From Octopus sinensis (lineage: Eukaryota): 64,000 nucleotides of DNA. A program made the translations under genes and the position numbers. A model generated the notes under the pieces. The model searched no databases and was not told the origin of the DNA. It saw nothing but the letters and a program-made list of their open reading frames with translations. Location of the stretch: assembly GCF_006345805.1 (NCBI RefSeq), contig NC_043000.1, positions 153,698,001 to 153,762,000 of the forward strand. The letters are read 5' to 3'. Below, one piece after another: positions 10,658-22,473 of this stretch. Every line of letters starts with the position of its first letter. The first letter of the stretch is position 1.

Positions 10658-12103
10658 CTAGCCATGACCCGTTGCGTCATCAATAGTTCAAGGTAGCCGA
10701 AAGAACCACGTATCTAAGGAATCTGTGGTCCGATTTACACGAAACTTCTGTTATTCTGTATGAACTCACATTTCAATGGTACCTTACTTTAAAAGCATTT
10801 TCCCCATCATATGCCGGTTTGGCTATTTATAAAGGTACCCCCAAAACCACGTATCTCGCTAACCGGGTGGTCCGATTTTCGCAAAAAATCTATTATTTTT
10901 TTCCCTCTGTTTCGCCAGGCACTCAGCTCTCTGAGCGTCCAATTCCTGATCTCTCCTGCTTCTGTCTTTTTCCCCCTGTTCCACCAGACGCTCAGCCCTT
11001 GCTTTATCAGTCTCATCGATCATTCTATTCGCAAGCCTGTCCTGATCTTGGGTAAATATTTCGTAAGGACCTGTTCGTACTTCGGTGTGAATTAATTTTT
11101 TCCACAGGTTTTTTTTTTTCGAGCGCATTCAACGTATCTCACCTCCAAACACATCGCAAGTCAGTTTCTCCCGGAAAAGAACAGGGTAAGTGTTGTGGGA
11201 ACCCCGGATTTTCTCGGGAAACTCTGAGTTTCTCACAACTCTCCCCACTTTTTTTCCAGGTTATTTCGCATGCTTGCAACGAATGTGTCATCGAAATGAC
11301 AAGTAAACGACTCCTTTCCCCAGAGAAGGAAAAATTTGGCTGCTATTTCTTGCATGTCCTGCCACCACGTAACAGCTATTCCGGGTCCTTTATAGATGTT
11401 ACGTGGTAGCAGGACGTGCTAGAAATAGCAGCTAAATGTTTGGAGATGAGATACGTTCAATGCATTCGAAAAAACCTATGGAAAAAAATTATTTCACACC
11501 GAGGTTACGAACGGGTCTTTTACGAAATATTTACCGTATTTTTAAAGTCATTTTCACTTTGAATTATTTGTTAGATATGCAAAAAGAACCCAAAAAACAT
11601 TGTAATGGTATTCACTTGAAAATAATTTTAAGAGAAACGTTAAAATATTGTCTGTTTAATGAAAGCTAAAATGTAAATATTTACAGTACAAACAACTTAC
11701 ATTTTTGAAAACACATTCACTTAAACATATTTCTAAATGATTAAAATATTGTGTTTAACAAAAGCGAAAATAGGAACATTTGTTGTAAAAAACAATTCAT
11801 ATTTTTTCGTTGGCAATTTAATGTCACTAATGTGTCCAAACGAACAGTTAGAGTTTCTTCCCTTTCAGGGTAAAGTTATTTCCGTAGTATTTTCCCATTA
11901 TGCTCCGTTTTGGATTTTTATACCCCAAACCCCTAATATCTCAAGAACCAGTTGCCCGATTTACGCCAAACTTGTTTTATTCCGTTTGTATTCACATTTC
12001 AGGGGTTCTTAATTCATAGTATTTTGCCATTCTGCGCCAGTTTGGCTGTGTAACATTGCAAGCAAGCAAACATGATTGAAATTCATTTTTAATATATTAG
12101 AGA
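10658..12103 (-). mobile_element. Probable non-autonomous Helitron, second family (~1.45 kb)
   Basis: Minus strand A|TCTCTAATATATTAAAA start and GACGCAACGGGTCATGGCTAG|T end; internal repeated CCACGTATCT..GTGGTCCGATTT modules. Continuity between the ends is inferred. Confidence 0.55.
11335..11437. mobile_element. Small hairpin MITE
   Basis: ~40-bp imperfect inverted arms (TTTGGCTGCTATTTC.. / ..GAAATAGCAGCTAAA) around a ~22-nt spacer. Confidence 0.6.
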
Positions 12104-12258
12104 TATTAATCTATCATTAAACTAACTTTATCACACCACCAAAGAGTTTCCCTTCCCGCAGTGAATCTTATGACACTTTACACTGGTGGAACCTCACTTT
12201 CAAAACTCACATTCTCTCTCTCTTCCTTCCTGTTTCCCCCTCTCTGTCTCTCTGTCTG

Positions 12259-12299
<41 letters not shown>

Positions 12300-13183
12300 A
12301 TGTCTCTGCCGCTTAAAATCCATTGCAATGCATTGCGATCTGGAGCTTTCCAACTTCAGGCATTAGCATTTTAAATCATAATTGAATGAAACAAATAATC
12401 CTAGAGAACTTGGTATTTTAATTCATTTGTAGTTAATATTGTTACCTCATGGTTAAATACAGACATCTTAGAGGTTAAGAAAGTAAAAATAAGAGAGAGT
12501 AGAATTCACACTTTTCTCAATGGTAAAACGCCAAACTGAAAATAGGAATAGGCTTTGAGAAGTAATTGAAACTGTGTCGTGGAAATTTACATTTTGACGC
12601 CTTGCTCTATGAACTTACCATGTTTTATTTTTTTAATATGGCAATAATTTGTCTTCCTGTTCATGATAAAATTCCTGTATTAATCTCTTAACGCCATATA
12701 ATAATTAACTTAAATACTAACCGGTGGGAAACAGTTTCGTACTAATTAGTTTAGATTTCTCCATTCAGTTAATATGTAGATTTTTAGAAAAACGTTTATC
12801 AAAAATTATTTTAAAACATTTTAAACTGTTGTAAATACAAGTATGGGTGTAACTCAAGGATGAAGTGTCGAGAGTTACAATCAGTCGGTACCACGTATCA
12901 AATATCAATGTATAAATGTTCTGAAAAACGCATGCAAGTCTATGTCGGGAATATTAAAGATGTCACGTGATTTCGGAATTAGACCTTCAACATTTCTCAA
13001 CATTACGTAACACCACAAAGCAGGGGTAATTTGACAAACGTTGCTCGACAAATTTAATGGCGCTTTTCATATGAGAGAATATTACAATAGAGTATTTGTG
13101 AATAACTAAATTTTTCCTGCTGGTAAGAATGTTTTGTACAAAACCCAAGGTAATATAAGCAGAGGCATTATACTACATTTGTA

Positions 13184-13385
13184 AGGTGGCGAGCTGGCAC
13201 GCCGGGCGAAATGCTTTGCGGTATTTCGTGTTACATTCTGAGTTAAATTCCGCCGAGGTCGGCTTTGCCTTTCATACTTTCGGGGATCAATAAATTAAGT
13301 ACCAGTTGCATATTGGGGTCGATCTAATCGACTGGCCCCCTGTCTAAAAAAATTTCGGGCCTTGTGCCTAGAGTAGAAAAGAATA
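13184..13385 (+). mobile_element. OR-like SINE, tail type B
   Basis: GGTGGCGAGCTGG head, AAATTCCGCCGAGGTCG core, tail AATTTCGGGCCTTGTGCC..AGTAGAAA. Confidence 0.8.
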
Positions 13386-15092
13386 TACTACATTTTAGAA
13401 ATATTAATTCGAAAAGTGTTACTACAGATTTGCATTAGAACATTAGAATTAAAAGTCAAGTAAAACTGAAGTATCAACAAAAACAGGTCGATTTTATTTA
13501 TTTTTATTGGGAAACTATGCCCAACAGTAGGGAAGACTAAGCGTAACTGAACGCTATGCCTAACATTATTTCCTTTAAATCAGTTTACCATTCTGATTAT
13601 GTAATATGAAAATAACTACGATCTTCCAGTTATAAGATAAATTTATGATGATGGGCAAATTAGGTTTATGCCAAGTTAAAAAAAAAATTGGTAACAAATA
13701 CTAAAGAATAAGTATAAATAATCATTTATAATCACACACACAGATCTGCATATGACTAGGTTTCTTATTTCAACCAAAGCTACCTACAGAAAATAACTAT
13801 ATGCAACATCAACTGATAATAGTCATTAGTTCCGAAAGACGATCTATAGAATCTATCGTTGTCCAACCCTTTTTTTATGTTCTTTGGGTAATGATTGTTT
13901 CTCATTTAGTCAAAAGGACAGCAGTTTGGAGGAGAGGGGATTAGTTGGTACCACCGATTGCAGTACTTGTCAGGAAATTTATTTTATGGATCCGGGAAGA
14001 CAGAAAGGTAAAGTTGACCACAGCGGGATAGCGGGATTTGAAATCAGTATGTAAAGATATGGTTTAAGATATTTGTCTATTACGCAAAAATTGTTGACTG
14101 TATAACAGTTTCCACTTATAAAACCTTTTTAATATACTAACTTCTAATCAGCCAATTATCTTTACTTTGCATATTATTATTCAGACATTCAATAATTATA
14201 TTACTCAATCCTTCTTCTTAACCGCATTCCTCTTCAACTAATATGTTCATTAATTAAACTAAAATAATTCGAAAGGAACACAAACAACTCTTCAAAACCC
14301 ATCCCACTGAATTCTTCGTTGAGCTTTATGAGAGGTAAAGAGGGCTATAAAAACACTGCCCCTCATTAAGCTAACAAAGAGAAACAAATTTTTAAGATTT
14401 ACAATTCGTACGAAAAATCTAAATAGCATTCATATAACATTGCAGTTGAGAATAACATTACAGTTAAGATTAAACCAGATATTTCCTAAAGTTTTACAAC
14501 ACATGAAGATAAAAGTTATACATTCTTACAGATCAACAGTTTCATAAATAAACGAGATAACGAATCTAAATGACTTGCTAGTTGAAGGCATGAAACAATT
14601 AACGTCAAAAGTTTCGGATACCATAAAATACCAAAGGGATTTTAAAGCTTACATGCAATGTTCTTAAATTTTCTTTTCATTAATTATCTAAATGTATACA
14701 CATAATACAATACTTTGTGTTAGTAATTTGAATACCAGGACGTTGTAAAATGACGAGAAATAGCAAAGGTGCTGTTTTCAGCAAAGATAAACCGGATTCC
14801 CCAGAGAATTTGTTTCAGTCAATCGCATAAATAGCACTTCAATTTGAAACCACTTCCATTGACGGTATGCATCTTACACGATAAAATATTATAACTGCAC
14901 AAATAATAATTGTAGGCTATGAGGTTTTCTTCATACTTTAGCTACAGTTTTGTTTTCTAATTTGTCCTCTAGTTTTGCTTATCTAAGATTGTATTGCTTA
15001 CAACGAGAAGAAAGAAGTACGGAAAAAATTGTCATTGAATTGAAGTTTGCCTTTTAGTTGGAGAAAACCATATAAAACTAACTTGCAACTAT

Positions 15093-15509
15093 TACTCTTT
15101 TACTCTTTTACCTGTTTCAGTCATTTGACTGCGGCCATGCTGGAGCACCGCCTTTAGTCGAGCAAATCGACCCCGGGACTTATTCTTTCTAAGCCCAGTA
15201 CTTATTCTATCGGTCTCTTTTGCCGAACCGCTAAGTGACGGGGACGTAAACACACCAGCATCGGTTGTCAAGCAATGCTAGGGGGACAAACACAGACACA
15301 CAAACACATGCACACACACTTATATATATATATATATACATATATACGACAGGCTTCTTTCGGTTTCCATCTACCAAATCTACTCACAAGGCATTGGTCG
15401 GCCCGGGGCTACAGCAGAAGACACTTGCCCAAGATGCTACGCAGTTGGACTGAACCCGGAACCACGTGGTTGGTTAGCAAGCTACTTACCACACAGCCAC
15501 TCCTGCGCC
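15093..15509 (-). mobile_element. OK-like SINE, full length
   Basis: Matches family consensus in window. Confidence 0.85.
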
Positions 15510-16539
15510 TATACTATTACTATTGATAGTAATTTACAAAGAAAATTAAACTTTCCTGGTCTTTGTTTGGAGGCAACCTGATAGCCACGGACATGATTTG
15601 AAAAGAGTAACGAAAACGTTCGACGGAAGTAATTTGCATGAATATAGAAAGGGAGTGTTTAAGGAAATAACTCAGATCGCGTAAATTTAAACAATTCAGG
15701 TTGGTGGTGTTGGACTCAATGATGTACTAATAAAATTTTCAATGACTTGAAATTTGAGCCATTGACGAGATTAAAAAAGTATCTAGCGTCAGTTGTTAGC
15801 GGCGGTTAAAGAAGAGGAGCAATTATAAGATAATAGGAATTAATTTTGCTCAAAATTTAAGTTTCATACTGATCTTAATAGCTAACCTGCTATCAAGATC
15901 AGTATGAGACGTTTTACTCTTCATTTCAATGTTTAGTAGATTTAGTACATTACCACCTCTGTGAATTATCTAAATTCTTGGCATTACCCCATTTGTATTA
16001 TAGCCCTTAGGTCATTTTTGAAAATAAAGAAAGAAATCATTTCCCAATAAGCCAAGTCTGGGCAGTGATTACAGTTCTTATCTGAAGTTATTTTGTTTAT
16101 TGAATATACTGGAAAGGTTTCTAATAACATTCCAAACGATATGGCACTTCCAAATTAAACGACGCTGCAACCAACATTATTTCATCTCCACTGAGATAAT
16201 GACGTTTGGTAAGGCATGGATATCATATAAGTCTGGTTCCTATATCATTTTAAGTATTTTGGCATGAATGTGTTGTCAAAGTAAAGGACAATCCTTTTAT
16301 TTCGAATTTAAATTTTGTGGTTACGTCAATAATGGTGTTAAATATCCTGTATTTTATGCAGGTTACGTTGCCTCAATAAATAATAGTTTGAAACATGAAA
16401 AGTCTTCATGAAAAGTCTTCAAGAAGTAAACTGTTATGTAAAACTGCTTCCTGAAGTTGAGAGTAATGAAATTTTGAGAGAGTTCATTCACAGAAAATAG
16501 CCTTACTTATAGAGGTTCTCTAAATATATATATATATGG

Positions 16540-17047
<508 letters not shown>

Positions 17048-17079
17048 GTGTATATACATAGGTATGTGCGTGTGTGTGT

Positions 17080-17295
17080 GTGATTGTGTCTGTTTTTGCA
17101 TCCTCACCTCAGACACCGCTTGACAACCGGGGTTGGTGTGTTTGCGTCTCCGTAACGAAGCGGTTCGGCAAAAGGAACCGATAGAACAAGTACCAGGCTT
17201 TAAAAAAATAAGTACTGAGGTCAGTTCATTCAGCTAAACATTTAAGGCGGTTCCGCAGCATAACTGCAATCTAATGAATGAAACAATATAAAAAA
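17080..17295 (+). mobile_element. Degenerate OK-like SINE 3' half
   Basis: GCTTGACAACCG..GCGGTTCGGCAAAA..AAGGCGG..TGAAACAA. Confidence 0.65.
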
Positions 17296-17784
17296 AATAA
17301 TAAAATAACTATTTATTATATTGGAATGAGATATAAAGTTTCATGAACTTAAGATTTGAATTTAGAAAGTCGAAACTCTTGTATTTACCGCCACACTTCT
17401 GCTTTGATTAGAAAAATAACTCACTTCTAAAAGTTCAGAGCAATTCAAAATTTAGTAATCTTATCCAAATGCTGTGTCTCTTAGAACTCCAAACAATCCT
17501 CAGGGGTGTATGTCATTTACTCTCCCACCTCGAATTAAGCATTAAAAACAAATAAAAGTCTCGACAGTTTTCTCTTATTTATTTTCCGGTGCTTTGCCTC
17601 AGCTGGCATATTTCTTAAAGCATAATATTTGGTATTTCTAAACAAAATAAGTTATGTTGTTGTTTATCTGTTTGTAGAAGAAAACTATTTAAAACTTCTG
17701 TGCTTCTTTAACATTGTACGATGACAAAAAGAAAAAAAAAGTAGAAAAGAAAACGAAAAAAGGTAAAACCGCTTCTATGAACAA

Positions 17785-18168
17785 CTAGCAGTATCGCCCG
17801 GCGTTGCTCAGGTTTGTAAGGGAAATAACTATAAAGCATTTTTAGAGAGTTATAGCCAAAAAATAGCAAAAAAATGGAAAAAAAATGATGGTAAATTTTT
17901 TTGAGAGTTAAAAAAGGTGGAGTTGCGTCCCCTAGACGGTCTGTGGTTTGGGTTTCTGATTCTCGACCCCATGTTGAATTTATCGATCTTTTTCAGAACT
18001 GGGGGAACTTTTCAAAATTTTCGCTGCGTTAGTTTTGAATTATGACATTGGGCTATGTGTGTGTCAAGTTTCATCAGAATCGGTTGAAAGCCGTGGTCAG
18101 GGTGAGGGTACGAGAAAACAGACACACAGACACGCACACAGACAAACTGCCGTTTATATAGAGAGAGA
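17785..18168 (-). mobile_element. Non-autonomous Helitron, chimeric variant
   Basis: A|TC start, CTAG|T end; 3' ~120 bp shared with 6493-6891, 5' part unrelated. Confidence 0.75.
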
Positions 18169-18456
18169 TGACGACGGAAAAGTTAGCGAAATACAAAGAG
18201 AGTACCAACCATAGTGAGAGAATCATTCCAAGCGCACGTATGTAAATATACTGAAATGAAGATTTACAGAAATATCATTTCAATCTAATTATTATCATAA
18301 GCTATTCTGTTAGTTTGGCTATAATTAAACACAGAACTTATCGCAGTAACAAAAAAAAAACTATGCTCACGATCGATCTTAATGAAAAGATATCTAATAA
18401 TATGTTTATTTATGTGCAATAGTCTGATGAATAAATTACGAAATCTTAACTCTTTC

Positions 18457-18522
<66 letters not shown>

Positions 18523-18523
18523 C

Positions 18524-18553
<30 letters not shown>
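18457..18553. repeat. (TCTA)n microsatellite
   Basis: Direct reading. Confidence 0.97.
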
Positions 18554-18554
<1 letters not shown>

Positions 18555-18630
18555 CACGTCTGTAATATATATTCACACACATATACATATGAACTTAGCA
18601 ACGAATGTGTATCTATTTAGGTATATATAT

Positions 18631-18672
<42 letters not shown>

Positions 18673-19019
18673 TATATACAGGTTTCGTGGATAATTGGTC
18701 ACTCTTCAGAAGACTAGAATCCTCGCCATCTTTCTACTGACGAAGATAAATGAATGCAATGGATACTTAAATGAGATACATATCAGCTCCTACATGAAAT
18801 GCGAAAATAGTAACAGTATTTTTTTATATTCATTTAATTTCCGTTGCATAAAAAAGCGGGGCTTTTTGTCATTAAATTTTCCTTAGACTTTCTAACACAC
18901 GCCATTTTTGCAGGAATATGTATAATTAACATTTACTCCCGCTGTCGACTAATGCAGTATAGATGTATTTGAGCAGTCATTTCTAATATTCGTTCCACTC
19001 ATACTGTATTGGAAAGATC

Positions 19020-19529
19020 CTAGTAAAGGTAACCCCAAACATAGACTGTATAAGATTCCTGATATCTGCATCCTAAGGGGTTACATGTTAGCGGATAAAA
19101 TAATTCAAGAATGAAAGTGAACCTGGTAAAGCAAACGACTTTCCCTGAAATTGTAGCTTCAATATCTCTAAGAGCAGACACGGTGCTGATTTTGGAAACA
19201 TCGAAGCTGTTGGTTCTGTTAAAGCGTTCCGTTCTTTGGGAGGAGTATATCGATGAAGTAAATGAGAAGAAGATATCAAAATTATCTGAGCTGGTGGAGT
19301 TAAGTCGAAGCGAGTTACGAGTGAGGTATGATCCCTTCAATGTGAGATGTAGAGAGTCCACAACATTTAACTTTGCAGAGCCAACAACATTCAAAGTATT
19401 ATAGGGGCCTTTAAATTTGCTTACGAAAATATCAGTGGTAATTTCAAGGGAGTGCAATGTGGGTCGAATATTTGAGCTGAAACTGGATAGGGCAGTGCTA
19501 ACGGAACACTCGTTAGGGCTTGACGAATA
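19020..19529 (-). CDS. Candidate exon or pseudo-exon of an unidentified, possibly secreted beta-rich protein
   Basis: 169-codon stop-free frame in non-repetitive sequence; NST and NRT sequons; antisense frame also open. No family recognised; splice sites not resolved. Confidence 0.3.
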   Translation of the reverse strand, partial: YSSSPNECSVSTALSSFSSNIRPTLHSLEITTDIFVSKFKGPYNTLNVVGSAKLNVVDSLHLTLKGSYLTRNSLRLNSTSSDNFDIFFSFTSSIYSSQRTERFNRTNSFDVSKISTVSALRDIEATISGKVVCFTRFTFILELFYPLTCNPLGCRYQESYTVYVWGYLY

Positions 19530-19709
19530 TTAGGTGTCTCATCTGGGTTAGGGTGACTGATTGCTGAAGAACCTGAAACACATGATGACCTCTAGTAACA
19601 TCAGTAACTATGTGGCTAGTGCAAATCAGTTATGTATGAATGCGCATGCGAGCTGTGTGTGGGTCTGTGTCTCTGTGTGTGCGTGTGCGTGCATGCGTGT
19701 GTGTGTGTG

Positions 19710-19745
<36 letters not shown>

Positions 19746-20160
19746 GCGTGTGTGCGTGTGTGCGTGCGTGCTTGTGTATGTGTCTGTGTTATTCGTTTTA
19801 TTTTTCAACATCTTTGCAAATTTCGGTTTACTGGACTGCGGCCATATTGGGGCAGCACCTTGTAGTATTTTGGTTGATCAGGTTTTCTCCAGGATTTACT
19901 TTTTAAGTTTGGTGAGAAATTTCAAGAGCAGAACATATGAGGTGAACTTGCTTTATGGATACGAAGAAAATTTAGAGAGATACAAGTAGGGAATTTTTAC
20001 TTTTTATTGCATAAATGAGTTATTGTTCGTATTATTGCTGTCATTGTTATTCTGGTTTTTACAGTTTCTTGGTGCCTCAGCATTTCACATATGATAAGAT
20101 GTGACTTTTGTAGTTATGTTCTTTGTCATTTCATGCGCTCATCATTTTGTTCATACACTG

Positions 20161-20392
20161 GGCGGCGAGCTGGCAGAAACGTTAGCACGCCGGGCGAGAT
20201 ATGTAGCTGTATTTCGTCTGCCGTTACGTTCTGAGTTCAAATTCCGCCGAGGTCAACTTTGCCTTTCATCCTTTCGGGGTCGATAAATTAAGTACCAGTT
20301 TCACACAAAAGCTTTTGTAATCGACTTAATCCCTTTGTCTGTCCTTGTTTGTCCCCTCTATGTTTAGCCCCTTGTGGGCAATAAAGAAATAT
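20161..20392 (+). mobile_element. OR-like SINE, tail type A
   Basis: OR head/core; tail CCTTGTTTGTCCCCTCTATGTTTAGCCCCTTGTGGGCAATAAAGAAAT. Confidence 0.85.
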
Positions 20393-20502
20393 ATATTTAG
20401 CTGCTAGTTATAACAGATCTATTGACTTCACAGAGAATCCTTTATTTGCTCATATCTTACTCGGAGGTAGCTGGTAAATCTGTCACATTAGTGTATGATG
20501 TT

Positions 20503-20712
20503 AAGGTGGCGAGCTGGCAGAATCGTTATCAAACCGAACAAAAGCTTAGCTGTATTTCATCCACCCTTACGTTTTGAGTTCAAATCCCGCTGCGATCGAC
20601 TTTGCCTTTCATCCTTTCGGGGTCAATAAGTTATGTACCAGTGGAACACTGGGGTCGATGTAATCAACTAGTCCTTTCCCCAAAATTTCAGGCCTTGTAC
20701 CTTTAGTAGAAA
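20503..20712 (+). mobile_element. OR-like SINE, tail type B
   Basis: OR head/core; tail CCCCAAAATTTCAGGCCTTGTACC..AGTAGAAA. Confidence 0.8.
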
Positions 20713-21271
20713 TATTAGTGTATCATGCAATGAATTATAAGGTCTTGTCTTACAAACTTAATTGAAACGTTGGCAAATGATTTTTGCTTCTAATTTAGAA
20801 ACAAGGCCAGAGAGTACAGTAGCAGTACAGTAGCAGTACAGTAGCAGTACAGACGTTGTATTATTTCATTTATGTTGTCGACTGCTTCTGAATTTGTTTT
20901 AGTCATACGATACCTGTCCATGCACACGCACATACACGCACACACACACAGATTCTCTCTCTTTCTCTCTCTCTCTCTCTAACACTCTAACGCACACACA
21001 CACTCACTCACACACTAACACATACACACACACGTTCAACAGGCGCAGAGATATATGTGTGTGTCTGATGCATGTCCATTTGAATGTTTGTGTACGGGTA
21101 TACCCTTTGTATTCCATTTCAAAACCGAATGGCTCCTATCCTATTTGTTGGTATTCCAACAAACGAACTTGGAATTACAATGGATTACATTCCTTTGCAT
21201 ATGTGCATGTATGTATGTTTTCTAATCATCATCATCATCATCATCATTATTATTATTATTATTATTATTAT

Positions 21272-21665
21272 TTTTTTTTCCTTCTTTCTTCAAATTTTCT
21301 TCCGTTTCTCGCCGAGTGTTTTCCGTACACCTAGGGCAGAGAAGCTCATTGTATGCATTCCCAGATTACACACGCAAATTCACAGATAAAATATGTATTT
21401 AAAAAATTAATAAATAAATAAATAAATTCATGGATGGATGTTGTTTTCACAGCGATAATGCTCTTCTCAGTACATGAGCCGTTCCAGTTAACACGATTTG
21501 TTTGCACTTCCTGTAGGGATGGTAAGATTAGTGTCATTTTCAAATAGGTTTCAGTACCTTTTTTTATCATTCCTAGAGATCCTACAATCACTGTTACTGT
21601 AGTCGCCTTGAGATGCCACATTTTTTCAATTTCTATTAGCGAGTCTTTATATTTACTAATCTTGT
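21272..21665 (-). mobile_element. Dong/R4-type LINE 3' fragment (family C)
   Basis: KY..L.IEIEKMWHLK....VIVGSLG restriction-like endonuclease C-terminus; 3' end abuts (TAA)n. Confidence 0.75.
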
Positions 21666-21836
21666 CAAATTCTTTTGTCGACCTTTCCTTTCATCCTTTC
21701 AAGCTCGATAAAATAAGTACCAGTTGAACACTAGGGTCCATGTAATCGACTCATCCCCTCTCCTCAAATCTCTGCTCTTGTGGCAAAATTTGAAACCATT
21801 AATATTATCATTATTATTAATATTCTTATTATTATT

Positions 21837-22379
21837 GAGTGAGAGAGCAGTACATGCCTTTAAAGTGACACTGCGGTAAAATATACGAAGCCCAAAATAT
21901 ACATCATGACTACTCTTCTGATGAGGTTATACCAGGCACATGCATCACGACCATATGTGCGCGACATGGTGATCTCATATCAAGATAAACAGCACTGGAC
22001 CTTGCAGGTGGGGTCCATTTATAATTTCTTTCAGGTCAAGTAGCCCAACCTGTTCAAAAGGTCCTTGAATAAGGTTTGTTTAAGGATGATGAAAAAACAC
22101 CCATGTTTCCAAAGGTGATTTATCCAAATCCCAAAGAATTATTCTCACTACTCCCCCACTACTTCTGCTCGTGATCAGAGATGCACATATCGTCAGCTAC
22201 TAAGGGACATTCTCAACTGGTTAAGATCAAACAACTGACAAGCAAATCTGTGGTATTGAGCAGAATATTTGTTGTAGCCCATCTTTTATACCAAGACAAA
22301 ACTTTGTACACGATAACACTTCCAATCAGTTAAGATCAAAAGCCATGAGAGCCACTGCCTGGTACTGCATCAGGGCATT
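21837..22379 (-). mobile_element. ~540-bp non-coding element flanked by (TAA)n
   Basis: Homolog at 26203-26730 in opposite orientation; same 3' end CTCTCTCACTC|AATAAT. Confidence 0.75.
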
Positions 22380-22396
22380 TATCATTGTTGTTGTTG

Positions 22397-22470
<74 letters not shown>

Positions 22471-22473
<3 letters not shown>

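Noticed and set aside
12960-13010. GTCACGTGAT and TTACGTAA promoter-like motifs
   Set aside because: No associated transcript start or gene can be supported.
19111-19404. 97-aa plus-strand ORF
   Set aside because: Antisense shadow, in register with the longer minus-strand frame.
22330-22379. U2 snRNA-like words (TAAGATCAA, GCAGTACC) and a possible HDV-like ribozyme at the 5' end of the 540-bp element
   Set aside because: Matches are 8-9 nt and on opposite strands; I could not build a nested double pseudoknot by hand.
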